Part shown: positions 12,701 through 28,050 of the stretch, piece by piece
Position numbering within the stretch: position 1 is the stretch's first letter
Layout of the letters: each line of letters begins with the position of its first letter
From: Eledone cirrhosa
Lineage: Eukaryota
Assembly (NCBI GenBank): GCA_964016885.1
Contig: OZ024741.1
Location: 416,206,001 to 416,270,000 of the forward strand
Direction of reading: 5' to 3'
DNA length: 64,000 bases
Notes under the pieces: generated by a model
Databases searched by the model: none
What the model was told of the DNA's origin: nothing
What the model saw: the letters and a program-made list of their open reading frames with translations, nothing else
Position numbers and translations under genes: made by a program

Positions 12701-15700
12701 TTTCCAACCTGGTCAACACTGACCAAGACTATTACCTACAGTTGTCTTAACCCTTTAGTTACCAACCTGGTCAACACTGACCAGGACTATTACCTACAGT
12801 TGTCTTAACCCTTTAGTTACCAACCTGGTCAACACTGACCAGGACCATTACCTACAGTTGTCTTAACCCTTTAGTTTCCAACCTGGTCAACACTGACCAA
12901 GACTATTACCTACAGTTGTCTTAACCCTTTAGATACCAACCTGGTCAACACTGACCAAGACTATTACCTACAGTTGTCTTAACCCTTTAGTTACCAACCT
13001 GGTCAACACTGACCAGGACTATTACCTACAGTTGTCTTAACCCTTTAGTTTCCAACCTGGTCAACACTGACCAGGACTATTACCTACAGCTGTGTTAACC
13101 CTTTAGTTACCAACCTGGTCAACACAGACCAGGACTATTACCTACAGTTGTTTTAACCCTTTAGTTTCCAACCTGGTCAACACTGACCAGGACTATTACC
13201 TACAGTTGTCTTAACCCTTTAGTTACCAACCTGGTCAACACTGACCAGGACTATTACCTACAGTTGTTTTAACCCTTTAGTTACCAACCTGGTCAACACT
13301 GACCAGCACTATTACCTAGAGTTGTCTTAACCCTTTAGTTACCAACCTGGTCAACACTGACCAGGACTATTACCTACAGATGTGTTAACCCTTTAGTTAC
13401 CAACCTGGTCAACACTTACCAGGACTATTACCTACAGTTGTCTTAACCCTTTAGTTACCAACCTGGTCAACACTGACCAGGACTATTACCTACAGTTGTG
13501 TTAACCCTTTAGTTACCAACCTGGTCAACACTGACCAGGACTATTACCTACAGTTTTCTCAACCCTTTAGTTACCAACCTGGTCAACACTGACCAAGACT
13601 TACCTACAGTTGTCTTAACCCTTTAGTTACCAAACTGGTCAACACTGACCAGGACTATTACCTACAGTTGTCTTAACCATTTAGTTACCAACCTGGTCAA
13701 CACTGACCAAGACTATTACCTACAGTTGTCTTAACCCTTTAGTTTCCAACCCGGTCAACACTGACCAGGACTATTACCTACAGTTGTGTTAACCCTTTAG
13801 TTTCCACCCTGGTCAACACTGACCAGGACTATTACCTACAGTTGTGTTAACCCTTTAGTTACCAACCTGGTCAACACTGACCAGGACTATTACCTACAGT
13901 TGTCTTAACCCTTTAGTTTCCAACCTGGTGAACACTGACCAAGACTATTACCTACAGTTGTCTTAACCCTTTAGTTACCAACCTGGTCAACACTGACCAT
14001 GACTATTACCTACAGTTGTTTTAACCCTTTAGTTACCAACCTGGTCAACACCAACCAGCACTATTACCTAGAGTTGTCTTAACCCTTTAGTTACCAACCT
14101 GGTCAACACTGACCAGGACTATTACCTACAGAGGTGTTAACCCTTTAGTTACCAACCTGGTCAACACTGACCAAGACTATTACCTACAGTTGTCTTAAAC
14201 CCTTTAGTTTCCAGCCTGGTCAACACTGACCAGGACTATTACCTACAGTTGTATTAACCCTTTAGTTACCAACCTGGTCAACACTGACCAGGACTATTAC
14301 CTACAGCTGTGTTAACCCTTTAGTTACCAACCTGGTCAACACTGACCATGACTATTACCTACAGCTGTGTTAACCCTTTAGTTACCAACCTGGTCAACAC
14401 TGACCAGGACTATTACCTACAGTTGTCTTAACCCTTTAGTTACCAACCTGGTCAACACAGACCAGGACTATTACCTACAGTTGTCTTAACCCTTTAGTTT
14501 CCAACCTGGTCAACACTGACCATGACTATTACCTACAGTTGTCTTAACCCTTTAGTTACCAACCTGGTCAACACTGACCAGGACTTACCTACAGTTGTCT
14601 TAACCCTTTAGTTACCAACCTGGTCAACACTGACCAGGACTTTAACCTACAGTTGTCTTAACCCTTTAGTTACCAACCTGGTCAACACTGACCAGGACTT
14701 ACCTACAGTTGTCTTAAACCCTTTAGTTTCAAGCCTGGTCAACACTGACCAGGACTATTACCTACAGTTGTTTTAACCCTTTAGTTACCAACCTGGTCAA
14801 CACTGACCAGGACTATTACCTACAGTTGTCTTAAACCCTTTAGTTTCAAGCCTGGTCAACACTGACCAGGACTATTACCTACAGTTGTTTTAACCCTTTA
14901 GTTACCAACCTGGTCAACACTGACCAGGACTATTACCTACAGTTGTCTTAAACCCTTTAGTTTCCAGCCTGGTCAACACTGACCAGGACTATTACCTACA
15001 GTTGTTTTTACCCTTTAGTTACCAACCTGGTCAACACTGACCAGGACTATTACCTACAGTTGTCTTAAAACCTTTAGTTTCCAGCCTGGTCAACACTGAC
15101 CAGGACTATTACCTACAGTTGTTTTAACCCTTTAGTTACCAACCTGGTCAACACTGACCATGACCATTACCTACAGTTGTCTTAACCCTTTAGTTACCAA
15201 CCTGGTCAACACTGACCAGGACTATTACCTACAGTTTTCTCAACCCTTTAGTTACCAACCTGGTCAACACTGACCAAGACTTACCTACAGTTGTCTTAAC
15301 CCTTTAGTTACCAACCTGGTCAACACTGACCTGGACTATTACTTACAGTTGTCTTAACCCTTTAGTTACCAACCTGGTCAACACTGACCAAGTCTATTAC
15401 CTACAGTTGTCTTAACCATTTAGTTTCCAACCTGGTCAACACTGACCAGGACTATTACCTACAGTTGTGTTAACCCTTTAGTTTCCACCCTGGTCAACAC
15501 TGACCAGGACTATTACCTACAGTTGTCTTAACCCTTTAGTTTCCAACCTGGTCAACACTGACCAAGACTATTACCTACAGTTGTCTTAACCCTTTAGTTA
15601 CCAACCTGGTCAACACTGACCAGGACTATTACCTACAGTTGTCTTAACCCTTTAGTTTCCAACCTGGTCAACACTGACCAAGACTATTACCTACAGTTTT

Positions 15701-16020
15701 CTCAACCCTTTAGTTACCAACCTGGTCAACACTGACCAAGACTATTACCTACAGTTGTCTTAACCCTTTAGTTACCAACCTGGTCAACACTGACCAGGAC
15801 TATTACCTACAGTTGTATTAACCCTTTAGTTACCAACCTGGTCAACACTGTCCAAGACTATTACCTACAGTTGTCTTAACCCTTTAGTTTCCAACCTGGT
15901 CAACACTGACCAGCACTAGTACCTACAGTTGTCTTAACCCTTTAGTTACCAACCTGGTCAACACTGACCAAGACTATTACCTACAGTTGTCTTAACCCCT
16001 TAGTTACCAACCTGGTCAAC
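3760..16020. repeat. Three near-identical copies of a ~4-kb higher-order repeat (offsets 4405 bp = 76 monomers and 3941 bp = 68 monomers)
   Basis: Rare markers recur at the same offsets: GATACC 4586/8991/12932; GGTGAAC 5581/9986/13927; ACTGTCCAAG 7501/11906/15847; TGACCTGG 6981/11386/15327. Confidence 0.92.
6370..6837. repeat. Local 117-bp dimeric higher-order repeat (59-bp + 58-bp monomer) x4
   Basis: The extra-A monomers start at 6370, 6487, 6604 and 6721 (117-bp spacing). Each ends in GTTTT(T) and is followed by a consensus monomer. The pattern repeats in the paralogous HOR copies near 10.8 kb and 14.7 kb. Confidence 0.85.
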
Positions 16021-19000
16021 ACAGACCAGGACTATTACCTACCGTTGTCTTAACCCTTTAGTTACCAACCTGGTCAACACTGACCAGGACTATTACCTAC
16101 AGTTGTCTTAACCCTTTAGTTTCCAACCTGGTCAACACTGACCAGGACCATTACCTACAGTTGTCTTAACCCTTTAGTTTCCAACCTGGTCAACACTGCC
16201 CAAGACTATTACCTACAGTTGTCTTAACCCTTTAGTTACCAACCTGGTCAACACTGACCAGGACTATTACCTACAGTTGTCTTAACCCTTTAGTTTCCAA
16301 CCTGGTCAACACTGACCAGGACTATTACCTACAGCTGTGTTAACCCTTTAGTTACCAACCTGGTCAACACTTACCAGGACTATTACCTACAGCTGTCTTA
16401 ACCCTTTAGTTACCAACCTGGTCAACACTGACCAGGACTATTACCTACAGTTGTCTTAAACCCTTTAGTTTCCAGCCTGGTCAACACTGACAAGGACTAT
16501 TACCTACAGTTGTTTTAACCCTTTAGTTACCAACCTGGTCAACACTAACCAGGACTCTTACCTACAGTTGTCTTAACCCTTTAGTTACCAACCTGGTCAA
16601 CACTGACCAGGACTATTACCTACAGTTGTCTTAAACCCTTTAGTTTCCAGCCTGGTCAACACTGACCAGGACTATTACCTACAGTTGTTTTAACCCTTTA
16701 GTTACCAACCTGGTCAACACTGACCATGACTATTACCTACAGTTGTCTTAACCCTTTAGTTACCAACCTGGTCAACACTGACCAGGACTATTACCTACAG
16801 TTTTCTCAACCCTTTAGTTACCAACCTGGTCAACACTGACCAAGACTTACCTACAGTTGTCTTAACCCTTTAGTTACCAACCTGGTCAACACTGACCAGG
16901 ACTATTACCTACAGTTGTCTTAACCATTTAGTTACCAACCTGCTCAACACTGACCAAGACTATTACCTACAGTTGTCTTAACCCTTTAGTTTCCAACCTG
17001 GTCAACACTGACCAGGACTATTACCTACAGTTGTGTTAACCCTTTAGTTTCCACCCTGGTCAACACTGACCAGGACTATTACCTACAGTTGTGTTAACCC
17101 TTTAGTTACCAACCTGGTCAACAATGACCAGGACTATTACCTACAGTTGTCTTAACCCTTTAGTTTCCAACCTGGTCAACACTGACCAAGACTATTACCT
17201 ACAGTTGTCTTAACACTTTAGTTACCAACCTGGTCAACACTGACCAGGACTATTACCTACAGTTGTCTTAACCCTTTAGTTACCAACCTGGTCAACACTG
17301 ACCAGGACCATTACCTACAGTTGTCTTAACCCTTTAGTTTCCAACCTGGTCAACACTGACCAAGACTATTACCTACAGTTGTCTTAACCCTTTAGTTACC
17401 AACCTGGTCAACACTGACCAAGACTATTACCTACAGTTGTCTTAACCCTTTAGTTACCAACCTGGTCAACACTGACCAGGACTATTACCTACAGTTGTCT
17501 TAACCCTTTAGTTTCCAACCTGGTCAACACTGACCAGGACTATTACCTACAGCTGTGTTAACCCTTTAGTTACCAACCTGGTCAACACAGACCAGGACTA
17601 TTACCTACAGTTGTTTTAACCCTTTAGTTTCCAACCTGGTCAACACTGACCAGGACTATTACCTACAGTTGTCTTAACCCTTTAGTTACCAACCTGGTCA
17701 ACACTGACCAGGACTATTACCTACAGTTGTTTTAACCCTTTAGTTACCAACCTGGTCAACACTGACCAGCACTATTACCTAGAGTTGTCTTAACCCTTTA
17801 GTTACCAACCTGGTCAACACTGACCAGGACTATTACCTACAGATGTGTTAACCCTTTAGTTACCAACCTGGTCAACACTTACCAGGACTATTACCTACAG
17901 TTGTCTTAACCCTTTAGTTACCAACCTGGTCAACACTGACCAGGACTATTACCTACAGTTGTCTTAACCCTTTAATTTCCAACCTGGTCAACACTGACCA
18001 AGACTATTACCTACAGTTGTTTTAACCCTTTAGTTACCAACCTGGTCAACACTGACCAGCACTATTACCTAGAGTTGTCTTAACCCTTTAGTTACCAACC
18101 TGGTCAACACTGACCAGGACTATTACCTATAGAGGTGTTAACCCTTTAGTTACCAACCTGGTCAACACTGACCAAGACTATTACCTAGAGTTGTCTTAAA
18201 CCCTTTAGTTTCCAGCCTGGTCAACACTGACCAGGACTATTACCTACAGTTGTATTAACCCTTTAGTTACCAACCTGGTCAATACTGACCAGGACTATTA
18301 CCTACAGTTGTCTTAACCCTTTAGTTACCAACCTGGTCAACACAGACCAGGACTATTACCTACAGTTGTCTTAACCCTTTAGTTTCCAACCTGGTCAACA
18401 CTGACCAGGACTTACCTACAGTTGTCTTAACCCTTTAGTTACCAACCTGGTCAACACTGACCAGGACTATTACCTACCGTTGTCTTAACCCTTTAGTTAC
18501 CAACCTGGTCAACACTGACCAGGACTATTACCTACAGTTGTCTTAACCCTTTAGTTTCCAACCTGGTCAACACTGACCAGGACCATTACCTACAGTTGTC
18601 TTAACCCTTTAGTTTCCAACCTGGTCAACACTGCCCAAGACTATTACCTACAGTTGTCTTAACCCTTTAGTTACCAACCTGGTCAACACTGAACAAGACT
18701 ATTACCTACAGTTGTCTTAACCCTTTAGTTACCAACCTGGTCAACACTGACCAGGACTATTACCTACAGTTGTCTTAACCCTTTAGTTTCCAACCTGGTC
18801 AACACTGACCAGGACTATTACCTACAGCTGTGTTAACCCTTTAGTTACCAACCTGGTCAACACTTACCAGGACTATTACCTACAGTTGTCTTAACCCTTT
18901 AGTTACCAACCTGGTCAACACTGACCAGGACTATTACCTACAGTTGTCTTAAACCCTTTAGTTTCCAGCCTGGTCAACACTGACAAGGACTATTACCTAC

Positions 19001-22000
19001 AGTTGTTTTAACCCTTTAGTTACCAACCTGGTCAACACTAACCAGGACTATTACCTACAGTTGTCTTAACCCTTTAGTTACCAACCTGGTCAACACTGAC
19101 CAGGACTATTACCTACAGTTGTCTTAAACCCTTTAGTTTCCAGCCTGGTCAACACTGACCAGGACTATTACCTACAGTTGTTTTAACCCTTTAGTTACCA
19201 ACCTGGTCAACACTGACCATGACTATTACCTACAGTTGTCTTAACCCTTTAGTTACCAACCTGGTCAACACTGACCAGGACTATTACCTACAGTTTTCTC
19301 AACCCTTTAGTTTCCAACCTGGTCAACACTGACCAAGACTTACCTACAGTTGTCTTAACCCTTTAGTTACCAACCTGGTCAACACTGACCAGGACTATTA
19401 CCTACAGTTGTCTTAACCATTTAGTTACCAACCTGCTCAACACTGACCAAGACTATTACCTACAGTTGTCTTAACCCTTTAGTTTCCAACATGGTCAACA
19501 CTGACCAGGACTATTACCTACAGTTCTGTTAACCCTTTAGTTACCAACCTGGTCAACAATGACCAGGACTATTACCTACAGTTGTCTTAACCCTTTAGTT
19601 TCCAACCTGGTCAACACTGACCAAGACTATTACCTACAGTTGTCTTAACCCTTTAGTTACCAACCTGGTCAACACTGAACAGGACTATTACCTACAGTTG
19701 TCTTAACCCTTTAGTTACCAACCTGGTCAACACTGACCAGGACCATTACCTACAGTTGTCTTAACCCTTTAGTTTCCAACCTGGTCAACACTGACCAAGA
19801 CTATTACTTACAGTTGTCTTAACCCTTTAGTTACCAACCTGGTCAACACTGACCAAGACTATTACCTACAGTTGTCTTAACCCTTTAGTTACCAACCTGG
19901 TCAACACTGACCAGGACTATTACCTACAGTTGTCTTAACCCTTTAGTTACCAACCTGGTCAACACTGACCAGGACTATTACCTACAGCTGTGTTAACCCT
20001 TTAGTTACCAACCTGGTCAACGCAGACCAGGACTATTACCTACAGTTGTTTTAACCCTTTAGTTTCCAACCTGGTCAACACTGACCAGGACTATTACCTA
20101 CAGTTGTCTTAACCCTTTAGTTACCAATCTGGTCAACACTGACCAGGACTATTACCTACAGTTGTTTTAACCCTTTAGTTACCAACCTGGTCAACACTGA
20201 CCAGCACTATTACCTAGAGTTGTCTTAACCCTTTAGTTACCAACCTGGTCAACACTGACCAGGACTATTACCTACAGATGTGTTAACCCTTTAGTTACCA
20301 ACCTGGTCAACACTTACCAGGACTATTACCTACAGTTGTCTTAACCCTTTAGTTACCAACCTGGTCATCACTGACCAGGACTATTACCTACAGTTGTCTT
20401 AAACCCTTTTGTTTCCAGCCTGGTCAACACTGACCAGGACTATTACCTACAGTTGTTTTAACCCTTTAGTTACCAACCTGGTCAACACTAACCAGGACTA
20501 TTACCTACAGTTGTCTTAAACCCTTTAGTTTCCAGTCTGGTCAACACTGACCAGGACTATTACCTACAGTTGTTTTAACCCTTTAGTTACCAACCTGGTC
20601 AACACTGACCATGACTATTACCTACAGTTGCCTTAACCCTTTAGTTACCAACCTGGTCAACACTGACCAGGACTATTACCTACAGTTTTCTCAACCCTTT
20701 AGTTACCAACCTGGTCAACACTGACCAAGACTTACCTACAGTTGTCTTAACCCTTTAGTTACCAACCTGGTCAACACTGACCAGGACTATTACCTACAGT
20801 TGTCTTAACCATTTAGTTACCAACCTGGTCAACACTGACCAAGACTATTACCTACAGTTGTCTTAACCCTTTAGTTTCCAGCCTGGTCAACACTGACCAG
20901 GACTATTACCTACAGTTGTGTTAACCCTTTAGTTTCCACCCTGGTCAACACTGACCAGGACTATTACCTACAGTTGTGTTAACCCTTTAGTTACCAACCT
21001 GGTCAACACTGACCAGGACTATTACCTACAGTTGTCTTAACCCTTTAGTTTCCAACCTGGTCAACACTGACCAAGACTATTACCTACAGTTGTCTTAACC
21101 CTTTAGTTACCAACCTGGTCAACACTGACCAGGACTATTACCTACAGTTGTTTTAACCCTTTAGTTACCAACCTGGTCAACACTGACCAGCACTATTACC
21201 TAGAGTTGTCTTAACCCTTTAGTTACCAACCTGGTCAACACTGACCAGGACTATTACCTACAGAGGTGTTAACCCTTTAGTTACCAACCTGGTCAACACT
21301 GACCAAGACTATTACCTAGAGTTGTCTTAAACCCTTTAGTTTCCAGCCTGGTCAACACTGACCAGGACTATTACCTACAGTTGTATTAACCCTTTAGTTA
21401 CCAACCTGGTCAACACTGACCAGGACTATTACCTACAGCTGTGTTAACCCTTTAGTTACCAACCTGGTCAACACTGATCAGGACTATTACCTACAGTTGT
21501 CTTAACCCTTTAGTTACCAACCTGGTCAACACAGACCAGGACTATTACCTACAGTTGTCTTAACCCTTTAGTTTCCAACCTGGTCAACACTGACCATGAC
21601 TATTACCTACAGTTGTCTTAACCCTTTAGTTAACAACCTGGTCAACACTGACCAGGACTTACCTACAGTTGTCTTAACCCTTTAGTTACCAACCTGGTCA
21701 ACACTGACCAGGACTTTAACCTACAGTTGTCTTAACCCTTTAGTTACCAACCTGGTAAACACTGACCAGGACTTACCTACAGTTGTCTTAACCCTTTAGT
21801 TACCAACCTGGTCAACACTGACCAGGACTTACCTACAGTTGTCTTAACCCTTTAGTTACCAACCTGGTCAATACTGACCAGGACTATTACCTACAGTTGT
21901 CTTAAACCCTTTAGTTTCCAGCCTGGTCAACACTGACCAGGACTATTACCTACAGTTGTTTTAACCCTTTAGTTACCAACCTGGTCAACACTGACCAGGA

Positions 22001-22329
22001 CTATTACCTACAGTTGTCTTAAACCCTTTAGTTTCCAGCCTGGTCAACACTGACCAGGACTATTACCTACAGTTGTTTTTACCCTTTAGTTACCAACCTG
22101 GTCAACACTGACCAGGACTATTACCTACAATTGTCTTAAACCCTTTAGTTTCCAGCCTGGTCAACACTGACCAGGACTATTACCTACAGTTGTTTTAACC
22201 CTTTAGTTACCAACCTGGTCAACACTGACCATGACTATTACCTACAGTTGTCTTAACCCTTTAGTTACCAACCTGGTCAACACTGACCAGGACTATTACC
22301 TACAGTTTTCTCAACCCTTTAGTTACCAA

Positions 22330-25300
22330 CCTGGTCAACACTGACCAAGACTTACCTACAGTTGTCTTAACCCTTTAGTTACCAACCTGGTCAACACTGA
22401 CCTGGACTATTACTTACAGTTGTCTTAACCCTTTAGTTACCAACCTGGTCAACACTGACCAAGACTATTACCTACAGTTGTCTTAACCATTTAGTTTCCA
22501 ACCTGGTCAACACTGACCAGGACTATTACCTACAGTTGTGTTAACCCTTTAGTTTCCACCCTGGTCAACACTGACCAGGACTATTACCTACAGTTGTCTT
22601 AACCCTTTAGTTTCCAACCTGGTCAACACTGACCAAGACTATTACCTACAGTTGTCTTAACCCTTTAGTTACCAACCTGGTCAACACTGACCAGGACTAT
22701 TACCTACAGTTGTCTTAACCCTTTAGTTTCCAACCTGGTCAACACTGATCAAGACTATTACCTACAGTTTTCTCAACCCTTTAGTTACCAACCTGGTCAA
22801 CACTGACCAAGACTATTACCTACAGTTGTATTAACCCTTTAGTTACCAACCTGGTCAACACTGACCAGGACTATTACCTACAGTTGTATTAACCCTTTAG
22901 TTACCAACCTGGTCAACACTGACCAAGACTATTACCTACAGTTGTCTTAACCCTTTAGTTTCCAACCTGGTCAACACTGACCAGCACTAGTACCTACAGT
23001 TGTCTTAACCCTTTAGTTACCAACCTGGTCAACACTGACCAAGACTATTATCTACAGTTGTCTTAACCCCTTAGTTACCAACCTGGTCAACACTGACCAG
23101 GACTATTACCTACCGTTGTCTTAACCCTTTAGTTACCAACCTGGTCAACACTGACCAGGACTATTACCTACAGTTGTCTTAACCCTTTAGTTTCCAACCT
23201 GGTCAACACTGACCAAGACTATTACCTACAGTTGTCTTAACCCTTTAGTTACCAACCTGGTCAACACTGACCAAGACTATTACCTACAGTTGTCTTAACC
23301 GTTTAGTTTCCAACCTGGTCAACACTGACCAGGACTACTACCTACAGTTGTCTTAACCCTTTAGTTTCTAACCTGGTCAACACTGAGCAGGACTATTACC
23401 TACAGCTGTGTTAACCCTTTAGTTACCAACCTGGTCAACACAAACCAGGACTATTACCTACAGTTGTCTTAATCCTTTAGTTTCCAACCTGGTCAACACT
23501 GACCAGGACTATTACCTACAGTTGTCTTAACCCTTTAGTTACCAACCTAGTCAACACTAACCAGGACTATTAACTACAGTTGTCTTAACCCTTTAGTTAC
23601 CAACCTGGTCAACACTGACCAAGACTATTACCTACAGTTGTCTTAACCCTTTAGTTACCAACCTGGTCAACACTGACCAGGACTATTACCTACAGTTGTC
23701 TTAACCCTTTAGTTTCCAACCTGGTCAACACTGACCAGGACTATTACCTACAGCTGTGTTAACCCTTTAGTTACCAACCTGGTCAACACTGACCAGGACT
23801 ATTACCTACAGTTGTCTTAACCCTTTAGTTACCAACCTGGTCAACACTGACCAGGACTATTACCTACTGTTGTTTTAACCCTTTAGTTACCAACCTGGTC
23901 AACACTGACCAGCACTATTACCTAGAGTTGTCTTAACCCTTTAGTTACCAACCTGGTCAACACTGACCATGACTATTACCTACAGCTGTGTTAACCCTTT
24001 AGTTACCAACCTGGTTAACACTGACCAGGACTATTACCTACAGTTGTCTTAACCCTTTAGTTACCAACCTGGTCAACACAGACCAGGACTATTACCTACA
24101 GTTGTCTTAACCCTTTAGTTTCCAACCTGGTCAACACTGACCATGACTATTACCTACAGTTGTCTTAACCCTTTAGTTACCAACCTGGTCAACACTGACC
24201 AGGACTTACCTACAGTTGTCTTAACCCTTTAGTTACCAACCTGGTCAACACTGACCAGGACTTTAACCTACAGTTGTCTTAACCCTTTAGTTACCAACCT
24301 GGTCAACACTGACCAGGACTTACCTACAGTTGTCTTAACCCTTTAGTTACCAACCTGGTCAACACTGACCAGGACTTACCTACAGTTGTCTCAACCCTTT
24401 AGTTACCAACCTGGTCAACACTGACCAAGACTTACCTACAGTTGTCTTAACCCTTTAGTTACCAACCTGGTCAACACTGACCTGGACTATTACTTACAGT
24501 TGTCTTAACCCTTTAGTTACCAACCTGGTCAACACTGACCAAGACTATTACCTACAGTTGTCTTAACCATTTAGTTTCCAACCTGGTCAACACTGACCAG
24601 GACTATTACCTACAGTTGTGTTAACCCTTTAGTTTCCACCCTGGTCAACACTGATCAAGACTATTACCTACAGTTTTCTCAACCCTTTAGTTACCAACCT
24701 GGTCAACACTGACCAAGACTATTACCTACAGTTGTCTTAACCCTTTAGTTACCAACCTGGTCAACACTGACCAGGACTATTACCTACAGTTGTATTAACC
24801 CTTTAGTTACCAACCTGGTCAACACTGACCAAGACTATTACCTACAGTTGTCTTAACCCTTTAGTTTCCAACCTGGTCAACACTGACCAGCACTAGTACC
24901 TACAGTTGTCTTAACCCTTTAGTTACCAACCTGGTCAACACTGACCAAGACTATTATCTACAGTTGTCTTAACCCCTTATTTACCAACCTGGTCAACACT
25001 GACCAGGACTATTACCTACCGTTGTCTTAACCCTTTAGTTACCAACCTGGTCAACACTGACCAGGACTATTACCTACAGTTGTCTTAACCCTTTAGTTTC
25101 CAACCTGGTCAACACTGACCAAGACTATTACCTACAGTTGTCTTAACCCTTTAGTTACCAACCTGGTCAACACTGACCAAGACTATTACCTACAGTTGTC
25201 TTAAACCCTTTAGTTTCCAGCCTGGTCAACACTGACCAAGACTATTACCTACAGTTGTCTTAAACCCTTTAGTTTCCAACCTGGTCAACACTGACCAGGA

Positions 25301-28050
25301 CTACTACCTACAGTTGTCTTAACCCTTTAGTTTCTAACCTGGTCAACACTGACCAGGACTATTACCTACAGCTGTGTTAACCCTTTAGTTACCAACCTGG
25401 TCAACACAAACCAGGACTATTACCTACAGTTGTCTTAATCCTTTAGTTTCCAACCTGGTCAACACTGACCAGGACTATTACCTACAGTTGTCTTAACCCT
25501 TTAGTTACCAACCTAGTCAACACTAACCAGGACTATTAACTACAGTTGTCTTAACCCTTTAGTTACCAACCTGGTCAACACTGACCAAGACTATTACCTA
25601 CAGTTGTCTTAACCCTTTAGTTACCAACCTGGTCAACACTGACCGGGACTATTACCTACAGTTCTCTTAACCCTTTAGTTTCCAACCTGGTCAACACTGA
25701 CCAGGACTATTACCTACAGCTGTGTTAACCCTTTAGTTACCAACCTGGTCAACACAGACCAGGACTATTACCTACAGTTGTCTTAACCCTTTAGTTTCCA
25801 ACCTGGTCAACACTGACCAGGACTATTACCTACAGTTGTCTTAACCCTTTAGTTACCAACCTGGTCAACACTGACCAGGACTATTACCTACAGTTGTTTT
25901 AACCCTTTAGTTACCAACCTGGTCAACACTGACCAGCACTATTACCTAGAGTTGTCTTAACCCTTTAGTTACCAACCTGGTCAACACTGACCATGACTAT
26001 TACCTACAGCTGTGTTAACCCCTTAGTTACCAACCTGGTTAACACTGACCAGGACTATTACCTACAGTTGTCTTAACCCTTTAGTTACCAACCTGGTCAA
26101 CACAGACCAGGACTATTACCTACAGTTGTCTTAACCCTTTAGTTTCCAACCTGGTCAACACTGACCATGACTATTACCTACAGTTGTCTTAACCCTTTAG
26201 TTACCAACCTGGTCAACACTGACCAGGACTTACCTACAGTTGTCTTAACCCTTTAGTTACCAACCTGGTCAACACTGACCAGGACTTTAACCTACAGTTG
26301 TCTTAACCCTTTAGTTACCAACCTGGTCAACACTGACCAGGACTATTACCTACAGTTGTCATATACCCTTTAGTTTCCAGCCTGGTCAACACTGACCAGG
26401 ACTATTACCTACAGTTGTCTTAAACCCTTTAGTTTCCAGCCTGGTCAACACTGACCAGGACTATTACCTACAGTTGTTTTAACCCTTTAGTTACCAACCT
26501 GGTCAACACTGACCAGGACAATTACCTACAGTTGTCTTAAACCCTTTAGTTTCCAGCCTGGTCAAAACTGACCAGGACTATTACCTACAGTTGTTTTAAC
26601 CCTTTAGTTACCAACCTGGTCAACACTGACCATGACTATTACCTACAGTTGTCTTAACCCTTTAGTTACCAACCTGGTCAACACTGACCAGGACTATTAC
26701 CTACAGTTTTCTCAACCCTTTAGTTACCAACCTGGTCAACACTGACCAAGACTTACCTACAGTTGTCTTAACCCTTTAGTTACCAACCTGGTCAACACTG
26801 ACCTGGACTATTACTTACAGTTGTCTTAACCCTTTAGTTACCAACCTGGTCAACACTGACCAGCACTAGTACCTACAGTTGTATTAACCCTTTAGTTACC
26901 AACCTGGTCAACACTGACCAGGACTATTACCTACAGTTGTCTTAACCCTTTAGTTTCCAACCTGGTCAACACTGACCAGCACTAGTACCTACAGTTGTCT
27001 TAACCCTTTAGTTACCAACCTGGTCAACACTGACCAAGACTATTATCTACAGTTGTCTTAACCCCTTAGTTACCAACCTGGTCAACACTGACCAGGACTA
27101 TTACCTACCGTTGTCTTAACCCTTTAGTTACCAACCTGGTCAACACTGACCAGTACTATTACCTATAGTTGTCTTAACCCTTTAGTTTCCAACCTGGTCA
27201 ACACTGACCAAGACTATTACCTACAGTTGTCTTAACCCTTTAGTTACCAACCTGGTCAACACTGACCAAGACTATTACCTACAGTTGTCTTAACCGTTTA
27301 GTTTCCAACCTGGTCAACACTGACCAGGACTACTACCTACAGTTGTCTTAACCCTTTAGTTTCTAACCTGGTCAACACTGACCAGGACTATTACCTACAG
27401 CTGTGTTAACCCTTTAGTTACCAACCTGGTCAACACAAACCAGGACTATTACCTACAGTTGACTTAATCCTTTAGTTTCCAACCTGGTCAACACTGACCA
27501 GGACTATTACCTACAGTTGTCTTAACCCTTTAGTTACCAACCTGGTCAACACTGACCAGGACTATTACCTACAGTTGTTTTAACCCTTTAGTTACCAACC
27601 TGGTCAACACTGACCAGGACTATTAACTACAGTTGTCTTAACCCTTTAGTTACCAACCTGGTCAACACTGACCAAGACTATTACCTACAGTTGTCTTAAC
27701 CCTTTAGTTACCAACCTGGTCAACACTGACCAGGACTATTACCTACAGTTGTCTTAACCCTTTAGTTTCCAACCTGGTCAACACTGACCAGGACTATTAC
27801 CTACAGCTGTGTTAACCCTTTAGTTACCAACCTGGTCAACACAGACCAGGACTATTACCTACAGTTGTCTTAACCCTTTAGTTTCCAACCTGGTCAACAC
27901 TGACCAGGACTATTACCTACAGTTGTCTTAACCCTTTAGTTACCAACCTGGTCAACACTGACCAGGACTATTACCTACAGTTGTTTTAACCCTTTAGTTA
28001 CCAACCTGGTCAAAACTGACCAGCACTATTACCTAGAGTTGTCTTAACCC
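22330..28050. repeat. Older ~2-kb (34-35 monomer) higher-order repeat, three diverged copies
   Basis: The CAAACCAGG marker occurs at 23441/25407/27436 (offsets 1966, 2029). TTATCTAC, ACTACTACC, TTTCTAACC and TTAATCC markers occur in the same order in each copy. Confidence 0.8.
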
